DNA from: Archaeoglobaceae archaeon
GTDB taxonomy: Archaea; Halobacteriota; Archaeoglobi; Archaeoglobales; Archaeoglobaceae
Direction: 5' to 3'
DNA length: 64,000 nucleotides
Assembly (NCBI GenBank): GCA_038893835.1
Contig: JAWAQR010000001.1
Span: 32,001-96,000, forward strand
Below the pieces are notes generated by a model. The model worked only from the letters and a program-made list of their open reading frames with translations, was not told the origin of the DNA and did not search any database. The position numbers and the translations under genes are program-made. Of this stretch, positions 1-10,997 are shown piece by piece (positions within the stretch are counted from its first letter, which is position 1; every line of letters begins with the position of its first letter).

Positions 1-167
1 GTTATGGATACCTGAACGAGCAGGCGATTGCCAGGATGTATAGAGATGTCAGAATTCTTGAAATATATGAAGGGACTAGAGAAATAGAGATAGAAATAAT
101 TGCCAGATCTTTGATTGGCAAGATACCTTCAAGACTAGCTTCGATAAGAAAGCATCCATTCTCCTAA
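1..167 (+). CDS. Acyl-CoA dehydrogenase, C-terminal part (5' end outside window)
   Basis: Frame from nt 3 reads YGYLNEQAIARMYRDVRILEIYEGTREIEIEIIARSL...HPFS*, matching the ACAD C-terminal GYG..E...R.YRD.R...IYEGT motif; directly upstream of a thiolase. Not in ORF track. Confidence 0.9.
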   Translation, partial: YGYLNEQAIARMYRDVRILEIYEGTREIEIEIIARSLIGKIPSRLASIRKHPFS

Positions 168-182
168 TTTTTGGTGATCTTG

Positions 183-1427
183 ATGGAAGAAGTTTATATA
201 GTCGATTTTATCCGCTCCGCCTTTTCCCGTTCACGTCCAAGAGAGCCCGAGAAGGATGTATATAACAAAATAGATATGCCTGCTGTAGCTGCGATGCTTG
301 TAAGGGAGATGATAGATCGAACGAACATAGATCCAAGGGATATAGGAGACATAATCACCGGATGCACGATGCAAATGGGTGAAAACTGGCTTTATGGAGG
401 AAGAATAATAAATTTGCTCGCAGATCTACCAATTGAAGTCCCAGCACAGGGTACGGAAAGGGTTTGCATATCTGGAATGTCTGCAATGCATCAGTGTGCA
501 ATGGAAATAATGCTGGGCTACAGCGATATTACCATCGCATGTGGAATAGAGCACATGACCCATCTACCAATGCAACCAGATTTGAACCCGCACATGGGAA
601 TATCGCCAACTCTGATGAAAAGAATGGATCTAATTCAAAAATACGATCTGATGACTGCAATGAGCATGGGTCTTACTGCAGAGAAATTGTTTGAAAAATG
701 GAAGGAAAAGCTAGGTTGGACAAAAAGAGATCTTGACGAATGGGGAGTCAGGAGTCACAGGCTTGCAACTGAGGCTTTGAGAAAGAACTACTTCCTGAGT
801 GGAGAAGGATATCCGACAAAGCGCAAGGGAGAGATTTTACCGATCGAAGTTGAGCTATCAGATGGAAGTAGAAAAGTTATCGATGTGGACCAGTCAATAA
901 GACCAGATACTAGCTTAGAGGTTGTGGAAAAGCTTCCGCCAGCCTTTAAGCTTGGAGGTGTTATAACTGCTGGCAACTCTTCTCCATTGAACGCTGGAGC
1001 ATCTGCAATAATGCTGATGAGCAAAAAGAAGATGAAGGAATATGGTCTCGAACCGATGGCTAAAATAGTTTCAATGGGCTGGGCAGGGGTTGATCCGAGC
1101 GTTATGGGCGAAGGGCCTGTGCCGGCAACTCAGAAAGCTTTAAAGTATGCAAAACTGGAAATTAAGGACATAGATTTCTGGGAGATAAATGAGGCCTTCG
1201 CAGTTGTAACGCTATTTGCAATAAAGATGTTGAAAATAGATCCAGAAAAAGTCAACACGAGAGGAGGGGCAATAGCTATAGGTCATCCACTTGCAGCGAG
1301 TGGCATAAGGATTACCGGTACTCTTGCAAGGATTTTGAACATAGAAAATGCAAAATATGGATGCGCAACCCTCTGCGGCGGTGGAGGGCAGGGAGGAGCT
1401 ACGATAATAGAGAACGTGAACGTCTAA
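183..1427 (+). CDS. Acetyl-CoA C-acyltransferase (thiolase)
   Basis: RVCISG (catalytic Cys), TAGNSS, NEAF, GHPLAASG, CGGGGQG; ATG at 183 follows GGTGA (ORF open from 171). Confidence 0.93.
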   Translation: MEEVYIVDFIRSAFSRSRPREPEKDVYNKIDMPAVAAMLVREMIDRTNIDPRDIGDIITGCTMQMGENWLYGGRIINLLADLPIEVPAQGTERVCISGMSAMHQCAMEIMLGYSDITIACGIEHMTHLPMQPDLNPHMGISPTLMKRMDLIQKYDLMTAMSMGLTAEKLFEKWKEKLGWTKRDLDEWGVRSHRLATEALRKNYFLSGEGYPTKRKGEILPIEVELSDGSRKVIDVDQSIRPDTSLEVVEKLPPAFKLGGVITAGNSSPLNAGASAIMLMSKKKMKEYGLEPMAKIVSMGWAGVDPSVMGEGPVPATQKALKYAKLEIKDIDFWEINEAFAVVTLFAIKMLKIDPEKVNTRGGAIAIGHPLAASGIRITGTLARILNIENAKYGCATLCGGGGQGGATIIENVNV

Positions 1428-1488
1428 TTTTATTTATATATTTCGAATTTTAGCAACAAATTTAAAAATTTCTAAATCTAGAATTTTT

Positions 1489-2055
1489 ATGCTTAGCAAG
1501 TTTAAACCGCTGCTCACGGAGTTATTGAGACCGATGGCAAATGTTCTTGGAAAATTCTTGAAACCGAACCAAATAACGATACTTGGATTATTTCTTGGCT
1601 TTCTTGCATTTTTTCTAATCGTCCAGCGTGAGATATTTATTGCGGCAATCTTCGTTCTACTCAGTGGAATCTTCGACTTCCTCGATGGAATCGTGGCAAG
1701 AACTCAAAAGCTTGTCACGGATTTTGGCGGATTTCTCGATTCGGTAGTTGATAGATACGTGGACATCTTGATCCTCATAGCCCTTGGTATATATGGCATT
1801 GACTGGTTACTCATTGCAATTGCGATGAGCGGTGCGCTGATGGTTAGCTATACTAGAGCAAGGGCTGAAAAAATAATAGAGAGATGCGATGTAGGAATAG
1901 CTGAGAGGGGAGAAAGGATGATCTTTCTTTTCCTTTCAATGCTCACGGGCTACATCTATGAAGGTATTCTCATCATTGCAGCTCTGAGTCATATAACAGC
2001 TATCCACAGAATTCTTTACACTTTCAAAAAAACTAGAAATAAGTTCATCGCCTAA
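1489..2055 (+). CDS. CDP-alcohol phosphatidyltransferase (archaetidylinositol-phosphate synthase-like)
   Basis: PNQIT and DFLDGIVAR...GGFLDSVVDRYVD signature; hydrophobic helices. Confidence 0.9.
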   Translation: MLSKFKPLLTELLRPMANVLGKFLKPNQITILGLFLGFLAFFLIVQREIFIAAIFVLLSGIFDFLDGIVARTQKLVTDFGGFLDSVVDRYVDILILIALGIYGIDWLLIAIAMSGALMVSYTRARAEKIIERCDVGIAERGERMIFLFLSMLTGYIYEGILIIAALSHITAIHRILYTFKKTRNKFIA

Positions 2056-2484
2056 GCTCTGAGGGTAGCAGAGATGAAACTATCCCAAGTATTCCGAGAT
2101 AGACCTGTTTGTATCCACACTTTTCCTTTCCCATTGAATTCTGCAACCAATCCCTCACCGCTGAAAAGTGTGGCTTTAAGTCCTCCAGCTCCCTTTATTT
2201 TGAAGTCCAAGGAATCTTCAAACTCCACTATGTGTCTGGTGTAGACTGAGGGTTTTCCGTCAACTTCGAGAACTTCTATTCCGCCAAATGAGGAGAGAAA
2301 GAGATCTCCACTTCCCTCTATCTTTAAAAGAAAAAGCCCTTCTCCGGCAAAGAAAGTTTTAGCCCTGCCCCATTTCACATCGATGTTCAGAGTTGGAGAA
2401 GAATGACTCTCCACCCAGCAGAGTTCTCTTCAAACCACTCAGCAGCCCGCCTTTCATCGTTGGTGAAAGTTCTACATTTCTCAT
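2052..2484 (-). pseudogene. AIM24/TIGR00266-family remnant with frameshifts and an internal deletion
   Basis: MRNVELSPTMKGGLLSGLKRTLLGGESFF in one frame, then LNIDVKWG.AKTFFAGEGLFLLKIEG...LFSGEGLVAEFNGKGKVWIQT in another; C-terminal SISEYLG is shifted again. Confidence 0.75.
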
Positions 2485-2523
2485 GTAATTATGCAATAGT
2501 TCATTAAGAGTTGACCCCTTAAA

Positions 2524-3666
2524 TTAAAGTTTCTGCACGATTTCAGCAATTTTTTCAACCGCGAAATCAATTTCCTCCTTCTTTATTATTAGTGGAGGGA
2601 CAATTCTTATGTTATCATCTGAAGTAGCGTTGAGGATCAGTCCTTTTTCTAAAGCTTTTCTAACGACTTCTTCAGCATTCTTAATTCCAACTCCGATCAT
2701 TAGACCCTTTCCACGCACATCATCGCTCAAATCTCGCAACTTTTTCATGAAATACTCCCCCATCCTCTCCGCGTTCTCGACCAGTTTGTACTTCTCAATT
2801 ATTTCTATTGTCGCAATCGATGCTGTGCAAGCTAATGGATTTCCGCCAAAAGTTGATCCATGATCACCTTTTTCAAGTTTCTCTGCAACCTCCTCCTTCA
2901 TCGCTGCACAGCCTATTGGAAATCCTGAACCCATAGCTTTTGCCATCGCCATTATATCTGGTTCAAAGCCATAGTGCTCCTTTGCAAACCATTTTCCAGT
3001 TCTTCCAAAGCCTGTCTGAACTTCATCGAAAATTACAAGAAATCCATATTTTTCCTTAAGCTCAAATATAACCTTTACAAATTCCCTTTCCGCAGGAAAA
3101 ACTCCTGCTTCTCCTTGGATGAGTTCGAGAATTACTGCAGAAGTTTCTGAATCAACTTTTCTTTCTAAATCAGTGATGTCATTAAAATTTGCAAACTCAA
3201 CTGGCTGAACTAAAGGCTCAAATGCCTTTCTGAACTTCTCCTTATAAGTGATTGACAAAGATCCCATCGTTCTTCCATGGAATGCGTTTTTAAAAGCAAC
3301 AAACTTTTTTTTACCAGTTGCCTTCCTTGCAAACTTCAGCGAAGCTTCCATCGCCTCGGTTCCACTGTTACAGAAGAAGAATCTGTCCATTTTCGTTATT
3401 TTCCTGAGTTTTTCTGCAAGAATTATCTGCGGAATTGTATAAAATAGATTTGAAACATGGACGAGTTTTTTTAATTGTTCACAAACTCTTTCGATGAACT
3501 CCGGATGAGAATGACCTATAGAAACACAAGCTATTCCAGCGACTAAGTCTAAATATTTTTTTCCATTTACGTCATATAGATAACAACCCTCCCCTCTTTC
3601 AAAAACAACACCCATTCTTTTATAAACCTGTGGTATCAGCTTTTGTTCCATTTCGATCCAGTTCAT
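2524..3666 (-). CDS. argD: Acetylornithine aminotransferase (class III PLP)
   Basis: [36 protein letters not shown] (PLP Lys), [11 protein letters not shown]. Confidence 0.88.
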   Translation of the reverse strand: MNWIEMEQKLIPQVYKRMGVVFERGEGCYLYDVNGKKYLDLVAGIACVSIGHSHPEFIERVCEQLKKLVHVSNLFYTIPQIILAEKLRKITKMDRFFFCNSGTEAMEASLKFARKATGKKKFVAFKNAFHGRTMGSLSITYKEKFRKAFEPLVQPVEFANFNDITDLERKVDSETSAVILELIQGEAGVFPAEREFVKVIFELKEKYGFLVIFDEVQTGFGRTGKWFAKEHYGFEPDIMAMAKAMGSGFPIGCAAMKEEVAEKLEKGDHGSTFGGNPLACTASIATIEIIEKYKLVENAERMGEYFMKKLRDLSDDVRGKGLMIGVGIKNAEEVVRKALEKGLILNATSDDNIRIVPPLIIKKEEIDFAVEKIAEIVQKL

Positions 3667-4805
3667 CTCCTCACCCTTAAGAAGTAATCCATCAACTTTA
3701 ATCCATCCATCACACCATACCTTCCTTCAAGACAAGATATTTCCGAGAACGTTTTTACATCATCTCTTTCAAAGCCGTAAATTGCAAATGGGACGCTTTC
3801 GGCAACATGAGTTCTCAGCTCAACTGGTGTTGGATGATCTGGAATTAGGAGAATTTTCAACTCACTTAAATCTGCTTTGTCAAGTATTTTTCCCACAAGT
3901 TTTTCATCGTAGATTTCTATCGCTTCTATTTTCCCTTCAAGATTTCCTTCATGACTCACTTCATCTATTCCCTCGGTATGAACTACGACTAGGTCAAAAG
4001 TTTTCAGAGCCTTTAAAGATTGCCTTACTATTCCTTTGTAATTCGTATCAACATACCCCGTTAACCCATCCACTTCGATAGACTCAAATCCAATTCCTTT
4101 TGCTATTCCTTTCAAAAGGTCAACTTCCGAAATCATCGCCCCCTTGATTCCTCGAATTTCTGATAAGTTTGGAAATTTTGGCATCTTTCCTCCTCCCCAT
4201 GGCCAGATCATGTTGGCTTTTTCCGTAACTTCTGGCAACACTCTTTTTGACCACTCGATCAAATCGATAAGCAATTCTGCCAGTTCTCCATCTTTTGGAA
4301 AGTAATCTTCAACCTTCTTTCCCAGAATATCATGTGGCGGATAAGTTTTCACCTCTCCAAATTCTCTCCTTATTATTAGCAGATTTCTGTAGCTTTTTCC
4401 TGGGTAAAACTCGATGAAATCATATTTCTTTTTTGAATTTAGATACCTTATTACTTTCCTCGCCTCATCGTCATCAATTCTTCCCCCAGCATAGTCTAGC
4501 ATGACGTCAGAAGCTTTAACGAGGTTACAGCGAAAAACCATTTTTGCATTTATACCCTTGGCAAGCGCCTCTATTGGTCCACGTCCAGTGTAGTATTTCT
4601 TAACATCTATTCCAAGAATCGTTAGATTTGCTATATCGCTACCCGGCTCGAATCCTTTTGGTATGGTATTGGCCTTTCCACATGCCCCTTCTTTGGCTAT
4701 GAAGTCCATGTTTGGCTTTTCAGCAACTTCCAGTGGTGTTTTTTTACCAAGTCTCTCTATTCTCCAGTCTGCCATTCCATCGGGGACGAGTAAAAGAAAT
4801 TTCAT
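3663..4805 (-). CDS. apgM: Cofactor-independent phosphoglycerate mutase, ApgM family
   Basis: PDGMAD, KTPLE, PGSD (catalytic Ser), [24 protein letters not shown]. Confidence 0.85.
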   Translation of the reverse strand: MKFLLLVPDGMADWRIERLGKKTPLEVAEKPNMDFIAKEGACGKANTIPKGFEPGSDIANLTILGIDVKKYYTGRGPIEALAKGINAKMVFRCNLVKASDVMLDYAGGRIDDDEARKVIRYLNSKKKYDFIEFYPGKSYRNLLIIRREFGEVKTYPPHDILGKKVEDYFPKDGELAELLIDLIEWSKRVLPEVTEKANMIWPWGGGKMPKFPNLSEIRGIKGAMISEVDLLKGIAKGIGFESIEVDGLTGYVDTNYKGIVRQSLKALKTFDLVVVHTEGIDEVSHEGNLEGKIEAIEIYDEKLVGKILDKADLSELKILLIPDHPTPVELRTHVAESVPFAIYGFERDDVKTFSEISCLEGRYGVMDGLKLMDYFLRVRR

Positions 4806-6442
4806 AACAATTCCCCGCAGTCAAAGATTTGCGTTAAATCAATTTCAAATGCCACGACTGGGTAAGGAATGCCAAAATTCTCTAAAACTTCTGGATGGAC
4901 TTCTCCGAAAATTCCTACGCTTTTTCCATTTACAACAACCTTACCTTGTCTCCCGATTATAAAAGCTCCATCTTCGGATTCTTCAATTCTCCAGTCAACA
5001 CCTATTTCTCTCATGAAAGCCTGAACATAGCTTCTGATTTCTGAGAAGGTTGCCCTAGAATTCATCAAACAGAAACAAAGGTTTAACCTGTTCTTCCCAG
5101 CAACAACAACATCTCCAACTTCAAATATCTTTACTGGAAGTTCGCAATGCACGTTATATGCGAGAACTTCAAGAAGCTTTGAAAGAAGCTCAGTTCTCAC
5201 AATGGTGTGCTCCACTGTAAGTGGATGCATCAGTACAACGTAATCCTCCCATGGCTTTGCAGATCTCCTAAGATTGCTATAAGATTTTTCACTCGTAAGA
5301 GTGAAAGTGATAACCTCAGTGAACCCCAGGCCTATCATTATCTCTCTAACAACGTTCCTAATCTCATTCCACGGATGAGCTTCACCTATTGTTGTCGTCT
5401 TTGGATATTCAGGAGGAATTCTTTCATAACCAAAACCTATTGCGATATCTTCGATGACATCCCACTCATGCATGATGTCCGCCCTGTATGGAGGTACAAG
5501 AACTTCAAAGACATCTCCTTTTTCTTTGCAACCAAATCTCATTTTTTCAAGTGCTAAAATGACGTCTTTTTCTGGAATATTTAGTCCTAGAAGTGAATAT
5601 ATTTCTTCTTTCCTCACTTCTATTTTCCTAGGACTAAGATCGGGTGTTATTTCCTTTCTATCTGGATAAATTACTTCTACAGTTTCTATTTCCCCTCCTC
5701 TATCGCTGAGCATGCATGCCAGAATCTTCAACGCCTTATCAACATATTCATCGAACCCGGTTACGTCGATGAATAGATTTTTCGTCCTCTCAGTAACTCT
5801 CGTTTTCTCAGCATTTATTATTGGCGGAAAAGAAATTGCTTCATTCTTTGAATCGATGATCATTGGATATTCTTTTTTCCCATGAAGTATAAAACCGTAT
5901 TCCTTTCCTTTTGGATGCTCCTTTAAGATTTCTTCAACGCTCATTCTTCTATTGGAATCCAATGGGATAAAGGAAAAGTTTGAGTCGACTGTAAGATATC
6001 TTAGTGGGAAGTAAACCTTGCTTAGATCGTGAATACCTATTGCCATTCTACGTCTGTTTCTTCCTATTGTCCAATGCAGGTCTTCCTGAATCTCTATAAG
6101 GCTCCTTATGACTTCATCGCTCATTTCTATGTTTCTAACAACGCATCCCACGATTCTGGGTCTAACAGAGAGAACGTTTTTTTCAACGAATATCTTCCAT
6201 CCTCCATCCCTTGTCTTATACTCCTTCAAGCCAGTTTCGATGCCAAGAAAACCTCTTAAAGCTCTTGCCACTCCTTCAATGCTGTACAAATCAGGTCTGT
6301 TTGGAAAGAACTCAACGGATATAGTTTCTTCATCATACCTTTCTACGTCGCAACCGATCATTGGTAATTTCTCCAAAATTAAATCTCTGTTCGCTCCAAC
6401 AAGTTTTTCAAGTTCTTTCCAGTTAAGAGTGATTACGGGCAT
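4802..6442 (-). CDS. pheT: Phenylalanine--tRNA ligase beta subunit
   Basis: [16 protein letters not shown]...[46 protein letters not shown]. Confidence 0.95.
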   Translation of the reverse strand: MPVITLNWKELEKLVGANRDLILEKLPMIGCDVERYDEETISVEFFPNRPDLYSIEGVARALRGFLGIETGLKEYKTRDGGWKIFVEKNVLSVRPRIVGCVVRNIEMSDEVIRSLIEIQEDLHWTIGRNRRRMAIGIHDLSKVYFPLRYLTVDSNFSFIPLDSNRRMSVEEILKEHPKGKEYGFILHGKKEYPMIIDSKNEAISFPPIINAEKTRVTERTKNLFIDVTGFDEYVDKALKILACMLSDRGGEIETVEVIYPDRKEITPDLSPRKIEVRKEEIYSLLGLNIPEKDVILALEKMRFGCKEKGDVFEVLVPPYRADIMHEWDVIEDIAIGFGYERIPPEYPKTTTIGEAHPWNEIRNVVREIMIGLGFTEVITFTLTSEKSYSNLRRSAKPWEDYVVLMHPLTVEHTIVRTELLSKLLEVLAYNVHCELPVKIFEVGDVVVAGKNRLNLCFCLMNSRATFSEIRSYVQAFMREIGVDWRIEESEDGAFIIGRQGKVVVNGKSVGIFGEVHPEVLENFGIPYPVVAFEIDLTQIFDCGELL

Positions 6443-6519
6443 TAGTACTGCTAAATCTCGCGGATAAAAATCCTTTTCCGATTTATGACAAAATTTTTAA
6501 ATCACAGACTACGTTCATT

Positions 6520-6912
6520 ATGGAAACAAAGTTCATAATAAAGACGTTGTTCATAGCTTGGGAAAATGGGCAATATGTTGTAGGTCCAAGCGATTTGGCA
6601 AAGAAACTGGGAATTTCCAAATCAACAGCTCAAAAAATTCTGCTGAAAATTTCGAAATTGGGGTATGGAATTTATGTAGAAAGGAAGGGTCTAATCTTAA
6701 CTGAAAAAGGTATCAATGAAGGAAAAAAGCTTATGAGAAGACATAGACTCGTTGAATGCCTGCTGGAAGATCTTGGTGTTGAAAAAGAACTCATTTGCTG
6801 CGAAGCTTCTAAAATAGATCTGGAACTAGGAGAAGAACTAGAGAAGTTCATCGAAAGGAAATATGGTAAAAGGGGGATTTGTCCATGTGGAAAACCTATA
6901 CCCTCGTTCTAA
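6520..6912 (+). CDS. DtxR/MntR-family metal-dependent repressor (MDR1-like)
   Basis: HTH DLAKKLGISKSTA, LTEKG, RRHRLVE, C-terminal CPCGKPIP; heads a metal ABC operon. Confidence 0.85.
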   Translation: METKFIIKTLFIAWENGQYVVGPSDLAKKLGISKSTAQKILLKISKLGYGIYVERKGLILTEKGINEGKKLMRRHRLVECLLEDLGVEKELICCEASKIDLELGEELEKFIERKYGKRGICPCGKPIPSF

Positions 6913-7769
6913 TTCTATTTTCTGTAGCAAATGCAGGTATAGTTGTTTCGATTCCAGATTTAAAACCTTTAGTTGAAGAAATATATGGAGAAAGTGTTAA
7001 AAGTATACTTCCATCTAACGTGGATCCTCACATGTTCTCTCTGAGCTATAGAGATCTGGAAATGGCTAAGAAAGCGAAAATGTTGATCTTGGCAAACTCG
7101 AAGCTTTTGGGTTTTGAAGAAGAACTGAAAGGTCTTTGTAACGAAACTCTGGACTTTGAAGATTACGAAGCAACAATTCTCAGCTTTCCTGGAATTGGTA
7201 AGAACTACCATGCCTACTGGCTTTACCCTGAAAATGGTGTGAAGATCGCTTTAAAAGTAAAGGAGAAGCTATCATCCATTTTTCCGGAGAATGCTGAGAA
7301 ATACGAGAAGAACTTTGAAAGATTTGTGCATCATCTTTCCAAAACGGAGAGAGATGCAGAAAAAATAGTTTCCAAAGTTAAGAATTACGACTTCATCGCA
7401 ATGGATCCACATGTTGCCTATGCGATTTCAGCGTTGAAGTTGAATGTTTCATTCGTTTTTCCTGAAGAAATTTCTCCAAGTATTTTAGAAATTCCTAAAA
7501 AAAGAGGGAATTGCATTTTGGTGATGGCTGAATATCAAAAGGGAACAAAGCTTGAGGAGGTTGCAAAAAAATTAGCTTCAGAAATGGAATGTGGAATCTC
7601 TGTCATAGACGTTTTGTCGAACATCAGCTACGAATCCCGGCTGGTATTAAATGCGGCAAGACTTTCAAATCCGCAGATTGTAGAGAGGGAAGGGTTCATC
7701 GTATATTTGCTTGGAGCGATTACAGTTTTTGAAGCAGTAGTCATCGCAATTCTATGGCGATTGAGGTAA
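6885..7769 (+). CDS. Zn/Mn ABC transporter substrate-binding protein (ZnuA-like)
   Basis: Signal peptide, LPSNVDPH, NYHAYWLYP, YEKNFERF, C-terminal hydrophobic anchor. Confidence 0.82.
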   Translation: MWKTYTLVLILFSVANAGIVVSIPDLKPLVEEIYGESVKSILPSNVDPHMFSLSYRDLEMAKKAKMLILANSKLLGFEEELKGLCNETLDFEDYEATILSFPGIGKNYHAYWLYPENGVKIALKVKEKLSSIFPENAEKYEKNFERFVHHLSKTERDAEKIVSKVKNYDFIAMDPHVAYAISALKLNVSFVFPEEISPSILEIPKKRGNCILVMAEYQKGTKLEEVAKKLASEMECGISVIDVLSNISYESRLVLNAARLSNPQIVEREGFIVYLLGAITVFEAVVIAILWRLR

Positions 7770-8473
7770 AAAATCTGAGTTTTTCGTATGGAAAAAGAAG
7801 GATACTCGAAAGAATAAGTTTTGAGATAAAAGAAGGGGAATTTGTGGCAATTTTGGGCCCTAATGGGGCTGGAAAGACTACTTTGCTAAAGTGTATCTTG
7901 GGATTGCTGAAGGCTGAGGGAGAAATTTTGGTCTTAAAAAAGGATCCCAGAAAGTGCAAAGAAGTTCTTAATCATATTTCTTACGTTCCACAGAAAAGTT
8001 CTCTCTCAACAGAATTACCTGTTAGAGTTATAGATGTTCTAAGGATGAATTCAAAGAAATTGGACTGGAATTTGATAGAAGAGCTTGAAATCTCGGACAA
8101 GCTTGAACTTCTCTTTCGCGAACTAAGCGGGGGATTTCAACAGAGGGTTTTGATAGCGAGGGCATTAATGAAGAGACCAAAAATCCTTCTTCTTGATGAA
8201 CCATTTAACGGTGTGGACGTTTTGAGTCAAAAGAAGATCGTAGAGATTTTGGAAAAAGTTAAAGCAACGAAAATAATCGTAGTTCACAACATAAACCCGA
8301 TCTTGCATGCTATTGACAAAGTTATGCTTTTGAATCGAGAAATGATAGCCTTTGGAAAACCAAACGATGTTTTTACAAAGGAGAACTTATTTAAGGCTTA
8401 CAACACTGAAATTCCGGTTGTAATCTGTGAGGAAGGAGTAATACATCCACTTTACGGTGATCAACATGGATAG
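7754..8473 (+). CDS. Metal ABC transporter ATPase (ZnuC-like)
   Basis: GPNGAGKT, YVPQ, LSGG, LLLDEP, H-loop. Confidence 0.92.
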   Translation: MAIEVKNLSFSYGKRRILERISFEIKEGEFVAILGPNGAGKTTLLKCILGLLKAEGEILVLKKDPRKCKEVLNHISYVPQKSSLSTELPVRVIDVLRMNSKKLDWNLIEELEISDKLELLFRELSGGFQQRVLIARALMKRPKILLLDEPFNGVDVLSQKKIVEILEKVKATKIIVVHNINPILHAIDKVMLLNREMIAFGKPNDVFTKENLFKAYNTEIPVVICEEGVIHPLYGDQHG

Positions 8474-9242
8474 CATTTTTGCATCTATTTTTTTGATTTC
8501 CATGATTTCATCAATTTCTGGATGTCTTTCAGTCTTTAGAAAAGCTTCTTTCCTTATCGCAAGCGTATCACATTCAGCATTAGCTGGAGTGGCCTTTTCT
8601 CTTCTTTTATCATCTTACGGAATTGAAATAGACTACTTCATTGTAGCCATAGCTTTTGCAACGATTCTTTCAGCAATCGCAACGCTTCTTTCAAAATTCC
8701 ATAATATAGATGTTGGAATAAGCATATCCTTTGCCCTTTCAATGTCGTTGGCGGTAATCTTTTTATCCCTTTCCAAAAATTTTGCTGCAAAACTCTGGAA
8801 TTTTATGTTTGGCGAACTTTATTTGCTAACAGAAAAAGATTTTCTCTACCTCGTCATCTCCGCGATCCTAGTTCTTTTATTCTTTGTATTTTTTTATGAA
8901 AAATTCCTTTTTTATCTCTTCGATCCCGAAGGGGCAGAAGCTTCTGGCTTGAACGTTAAAGCACTCGATGCAATTCTTTTTGCAATCATTACAATTTCCG
9001 TAGTTTCTGTGGTAAGAAGCGTTGGAGCGATATTGGCTTATGCAATATTCATCGCCCCTTCAGCGATTGGAAAGAAATTTGCCCGAAACGTCATGCAAAA
9101 CCTGCTCTATTCCTTTCTGATAACCTCCCTATGTTTGACCTCCGGATTCTTCATATCTCTTCTACTCCCAATCTCTGCAAGCGCGATTTCCGCTTTTTTA
9201 GCTTCAATCATCTACCTCTTTGCAATGTTTAGAAAAGATTGA
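8466..9242 (+). CDS. Metal ABC transporter permease (ZnuB-like)
   Basis: SHSALAG, FMFGEL, FDPEGA, VGAIL; multiple TM helices. Confidence 0.88.
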   Translation: MDSIFASIFLISMISSISGCLSVFRKASFLIASVSHSALAGVAFSLLLSSYGIEIDYFIVAIAFATILSAIATLLSKFHNIDVGISISFALSMSLAVIFLSLSKNFAAKLWNFMFGELYLLTEKDFLYLVISAILVLLFFVFFYEKFLFYLFDPEGAEASGLNVKALDAILFAIITISVVSVVRSVGAILAYAIFIAPSAIGKKFARNVMQNLLYSFLITSLCLTSGFFISLLLPISASAISAFLASIIYLFAMFRKD

Positions 9243-9295
9243 TCAATCGAAAATCTTACTTGAGATGGATCATGACTGGAATAATTCTCGACTTC

Positions 9296-10288
9296 TTAAC
9301 AGCAGACTATCGCTTCTATATCGATAAAACTAGCCCTTCTAACCAGTGTTGCAATAGGGTTTTTTGCATTTCTGAAATTCCATTTTTTGTGGAAAACGAT
9401 GTAACCTTTTTTTAGTCCAAGCTTACCACCAAAGATCCTGTGACCGTTTATTGCAGCCCTTAAAATACTCCAATCATCCTTTAAGATCAGGGAAGAAAAA
9501 TGCATCTCTTCTAGCATCGAGGGATTGAAAAGCATTCCATTGTCTGTTCCAAGAAGCCATTTTTCGTAGGATGAAAGAATTTTGTAGGCTCTTGGGTTAA
9601 CCAAATCGAAGAATGCGTTCGATCTTATACATGAGACAATAGGAATCTCCTCTTCGATTAAATTTCGAAGAAAATCGATACAGGAATTCATATGCACAAC
9701 GAGGTCAGGTTTTAGCTCTATTGCCCTTTCAACATCATCGCAGTCAATTTCCCCAGCATGGATTGCGAACATTAAATTCCTTTTTTTCGCAATTTTTCTC
9801 ACTTCTATTAAAAAATCGAGATTGTGATCCCGAACGCTGCTCATAGCAAAGCCTATGCAGCTCATTTTTTCTGCCTCTTCAACACTTCTAGGCCTTCCTA
9901 GAGGGATTATGCAATCTATACCTTCAACAACCCTTAATCCCTCCATCCCCGATTCGCGAAAATCGAGGAAAAATGCAGTTCCAGCCTTTTTTGCAATTTC
10001 AATCTCGTTTAAAATTGCGGATCTGAGCTCTTCTATAGAATGAGAGCTAAGGATTCTGAACTTGTATCCTCCAGGACCAACCATTGAGCGAAGATCTATG
10101 AATGGTGGATCTTTTGCAATCGAATCTCCAAGATGTGTATGTGCGTTGAAAAAAGTTGGAGTTATTATGAAATCCTCAAAGTCCACTCTACTCTCCTCAA
10201 ACTTCCCTTCTACGAGATATCCGTGTCTTATTCCATCGATGTCTATGTATATTCCTCTATATCCATATGAACTTGCAAGCTTCTTCAT
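9296..10288 (-). CDS. Metal-dependent amidohydrolase (deaminase-like)
   Basis: NAHTHLGD, AIHAGE, VHMN, LGTDN; start uncertain (ORF open to 10321). Confidence 0.8.
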   Translation of the reverse strand: MKKLASSYGYRGIYIDIDGIRHGYLVEGKFEESRVDFEDFIITPTFFNAHTHLGDSIAKDPPFIDLRSMVGPGGYKFRILSSHSIEELRSAILNEIEIAKKAGTAFFLDFRESGMEGLRVVEGIDCIIPLGRPRSVEEAEKMSCIGFAMSSVRDHNLDFLIEVRKIAKKRNLMFAIHAGEIDCDDVERAIELKPDLVVHMNSCIDFLRNLIEEEIPIVSCIRSNAFFDLVNPRAYKILSSYEKWLLGTDNGMLFNPSMLEEMHFSSLILKDDWSILRAAINGHRIFGGKLGLKKGYIVFHKKWNFRNAKNPIATLVRRASFIDIEAIVCC

Positions 10289-10922
10289 ATCCAATTTCAA
10301 CCACCGTATCGACGAATGCAATATGCCTTCTTATCAATCTCAACCATTCTTCATCGTTCACTTTTTCTCCTTTAAGCTCTTTCATTGCAATTTCATAAAG
10401 TCTGTCGATCGGTCTTTTGAAGTCGTAGAGCATAACTCTTTCAACCTTAAAGTCTCCCTCAAGCTCTTTTTCAACCTGTATTGGAATATTTATGCAAGCA
10501 TTTCTTTTTCCAGCATTCTCCCTTATCTTCATTTCTATGTATTCAGCGGACTCATTTCTAGATTCGAGATCCCTAAATATCACCCTTTTCCATTCATCAA
10601 CCTCTATCTTTTTGCTTATCTTCGCCCTTAAAACAAGCCTTGCTAGCTCCAGTTGTGCATTAACTCTCTCCCTTGATGCCTTGTTTTCAAGATAACAGTA
10701 AATTGGAATACCCTCCTCCCAACAAAATCTTATTATCGGTTCAGACGCTCTTAAATCCTGTGAAAGACCTATCTCCACTTCTGGAATCATTCCATTTGCG
10801 AAGTATGCTTCGAAGTGTTCAGGCAAGTCGAGGAAAACAGTATCGAATTCTATCTTTCTCATAAAATCCACAACCTTTTCTCTGTTCCAGCTGGTATTTA
10901 CAGTGAGGAAGTTGACGATCAT
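10257..10922 (-). CDS. Hypothetical protein
   Basis: 221-aa ORF with typical composition, overlaps the downstream gene, divergent from polB. Confidence 0.7.
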   Translation of the reverse strand: MIVNFLTVNTSWNREKVVDFMRKIEFDTVFLDLPEHFEAYFANGMIPEVEIGLSQDLRASEPIIRFCWEEGIPIYCYLENKASRERVNAQLELARLVLRAKISKKIEVDEWKRVIFRDLESRNESAEYIEMKIRENAGKRNACINIPIQVEKELEGDFKVERVMLYDFKRPIDRLYEIAMKELKGEKVNDEEWLRLIRRHIAFVDTVVEIGYEEACKFIWI

Positions 10923-10997
10923 CGACTTGGTTCATCAAAACTCTTTAAAAATCTTGGCTTCGGTTAAACTTAAATCTCTTTTAAGGTTATTAAAAAT

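Noticed and set aside
6442-6454. TTAG-N5-CTAA palindrome as DtxR operator
   Set aside because: Short, sits at the pheT start and upstream of the repressor's TATA; could be chance.
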